From NCBI RefSeq assembly GCF_009914755.1, contig NC_060940.1: 64,000 nt of DNA; one strand, written 5' to 3'. The notes beneath the pieces are model-generated. The model did no database searches. It was not told the DNA's origin and saw only the letters and a program-made list of their open reading frames with translations. This stretch comes from the human T2T-CHM13v2.0 reference genome, Homo sapiens. Position numbers and translations under genes: made by a program. Below are positions 62,997 to 64,000 of the stretch, one piece after another (the stretch's first letter is position 1; each line of letters opens with the position of its first letter).

Positions 62997-63810
62997 TATA
63001 CACATATATGCGTATATATATATATATATACGTATATATGTGTATATGTATATATATATTTTTTAGGTTAAAACTCTACTGAAATGAAACTAATAAAATA
63101 AAATTCAACTTAATTAAAAAATAGTTCCTGAAATATTAATTTTCAAACAATTCTATTTTAGCTTTGACTCTGAACAAAATATAAACGTCAATTTCAAAAT
63201 ATCACAAAGATTGGCTGGGGGCAGTGGCTCATGCTTGTAATTCCAGCACTTTGGGAGGACGAGGCATGAGCCTCACTAGAGGCCAGGAGTTCCAGAGCAG
63301 CCTGGCCAACATAGGGAAACCCAGTCTCTACTAAAAAAATACAACAAAAATTACCCGGGTCTAGTAACCCCAGCTACTCAGGAGGCCGAGGCATTAGAAT
63401 CACTGGAATCTGGGAGGTGGAGGTTGCAGTGAGTGGAGATCATGCCACAGCACTCCAACCTGGGCGACAGACTGAGAGTCCGTCTCAAAAAAATAAAAAT
63501 AAGGCCAGGTGCTGTGGCTCACACCTGTAATCCCAGCACTTCGGGAGGCCAAGGTGGGCAGATCACTTGAGGTCAAGGAGTTTGGGACCAGCCTGGGCAA
63601 CACAGTGAAACCTCCTCTCTACTAAAAATACATAAATTAGCTGGGCATGGTGGCACACACTTGTAATGCCAGCTACACCAGAGGCTGAGGCAGGGGAATC
63701 GTATGAATTCGGGAGGTGGAGGTTGTAGTGACCTGAGATTGTGCTACTGCACTCCAGCCTGGACGACAGAGTGAGACTCCATCTCAAAAAAAAAGAAAAA
63801 AAAAAGAAAA
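62520..63810 (+). mobile_element. Alu cluster, copy 2, with expanded (TA)n tail at 62960-63060
   Basis: Paralogous to 24378-25630. Confidence 0.87.
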
Positions 63811-64000
63811 TTTAAATTTAAAATTTAAAAAAGTCACAAAGACTACAAATACTCAGGTTTAAGCAAATTCCCACCTTTCTCGAATTAACAGTAATTCATA
63901 TTTGCTTTGTCAAAAATGTAGATATTTACCTGCCTCAACGGAATGAAATCCTAAAAGCCTAGTGTTCTCAAATGATGAAGACAAAGAAACATGCATATTT

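Larger units (their letters stand above)
55852..64000 (+). repeat. Second direct copy of the 17868-25820 module (CAGGG + REP522-like + L1 + Alu cluster), offset ~38.0-38.2 kb; continues past the window end
   Basis: Collinear matches: 17868/55852 (tcaaggct.gaaccaaga), 22141/60277 (catcttctttgactacaaagg) and ~25810/~63990. Paired ORFs 21069-21593/59206-59730. Confidence 0.96.

Overview
Human or hominoid pericentromeric-type mosaic of segmental duplications. The chromosome cannot be assigned from the sequence alone, and no intact protein-coding gene is present. From left to right: (1) a strand-biased (GGCT/GGCTT)n array (1-3365). (2) A GC-rich block carrying a diverged copy of the PPP2R3B terminal exon and 3'UTR on the minus strand (~3366-7730). 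(3) An AT-rich, intron-like block with Alus, an MST LTR and an orphan 90-nt exon-like element (~7730-17867). (4) A CAGGG array, a REP522-like repeat, old L1 and Alus, leading into a duplicated TTC28 CpG island and exon 1 with a premature stop (minus strand, 27275-27376). (5) Tigger3, MLT1/MST, Alu and L1 elements in further unassigned blocks. (6) A (CATTT/CATCT/CAT)n array (48215-52060). (7) A longer CAGGG array that begins a second, ~38.1-kb-offset direct copy of the 17868-25820 module and runs off the window end. Almost all long ORFs in the track are artefacts of low-complexity, Alu or L1 sequence. The best candidate for something new is a possible chimeric minus-strand transcription unit assembled from unrelated duplicons (TTC28 promoter/exon 1 -> orphan exon(s) -> PPP2R3B terminal exon), with simple-sequence arrays at the duplicon joins. 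Gene and repeat-family names come from recall of known sequences, not from a database search.
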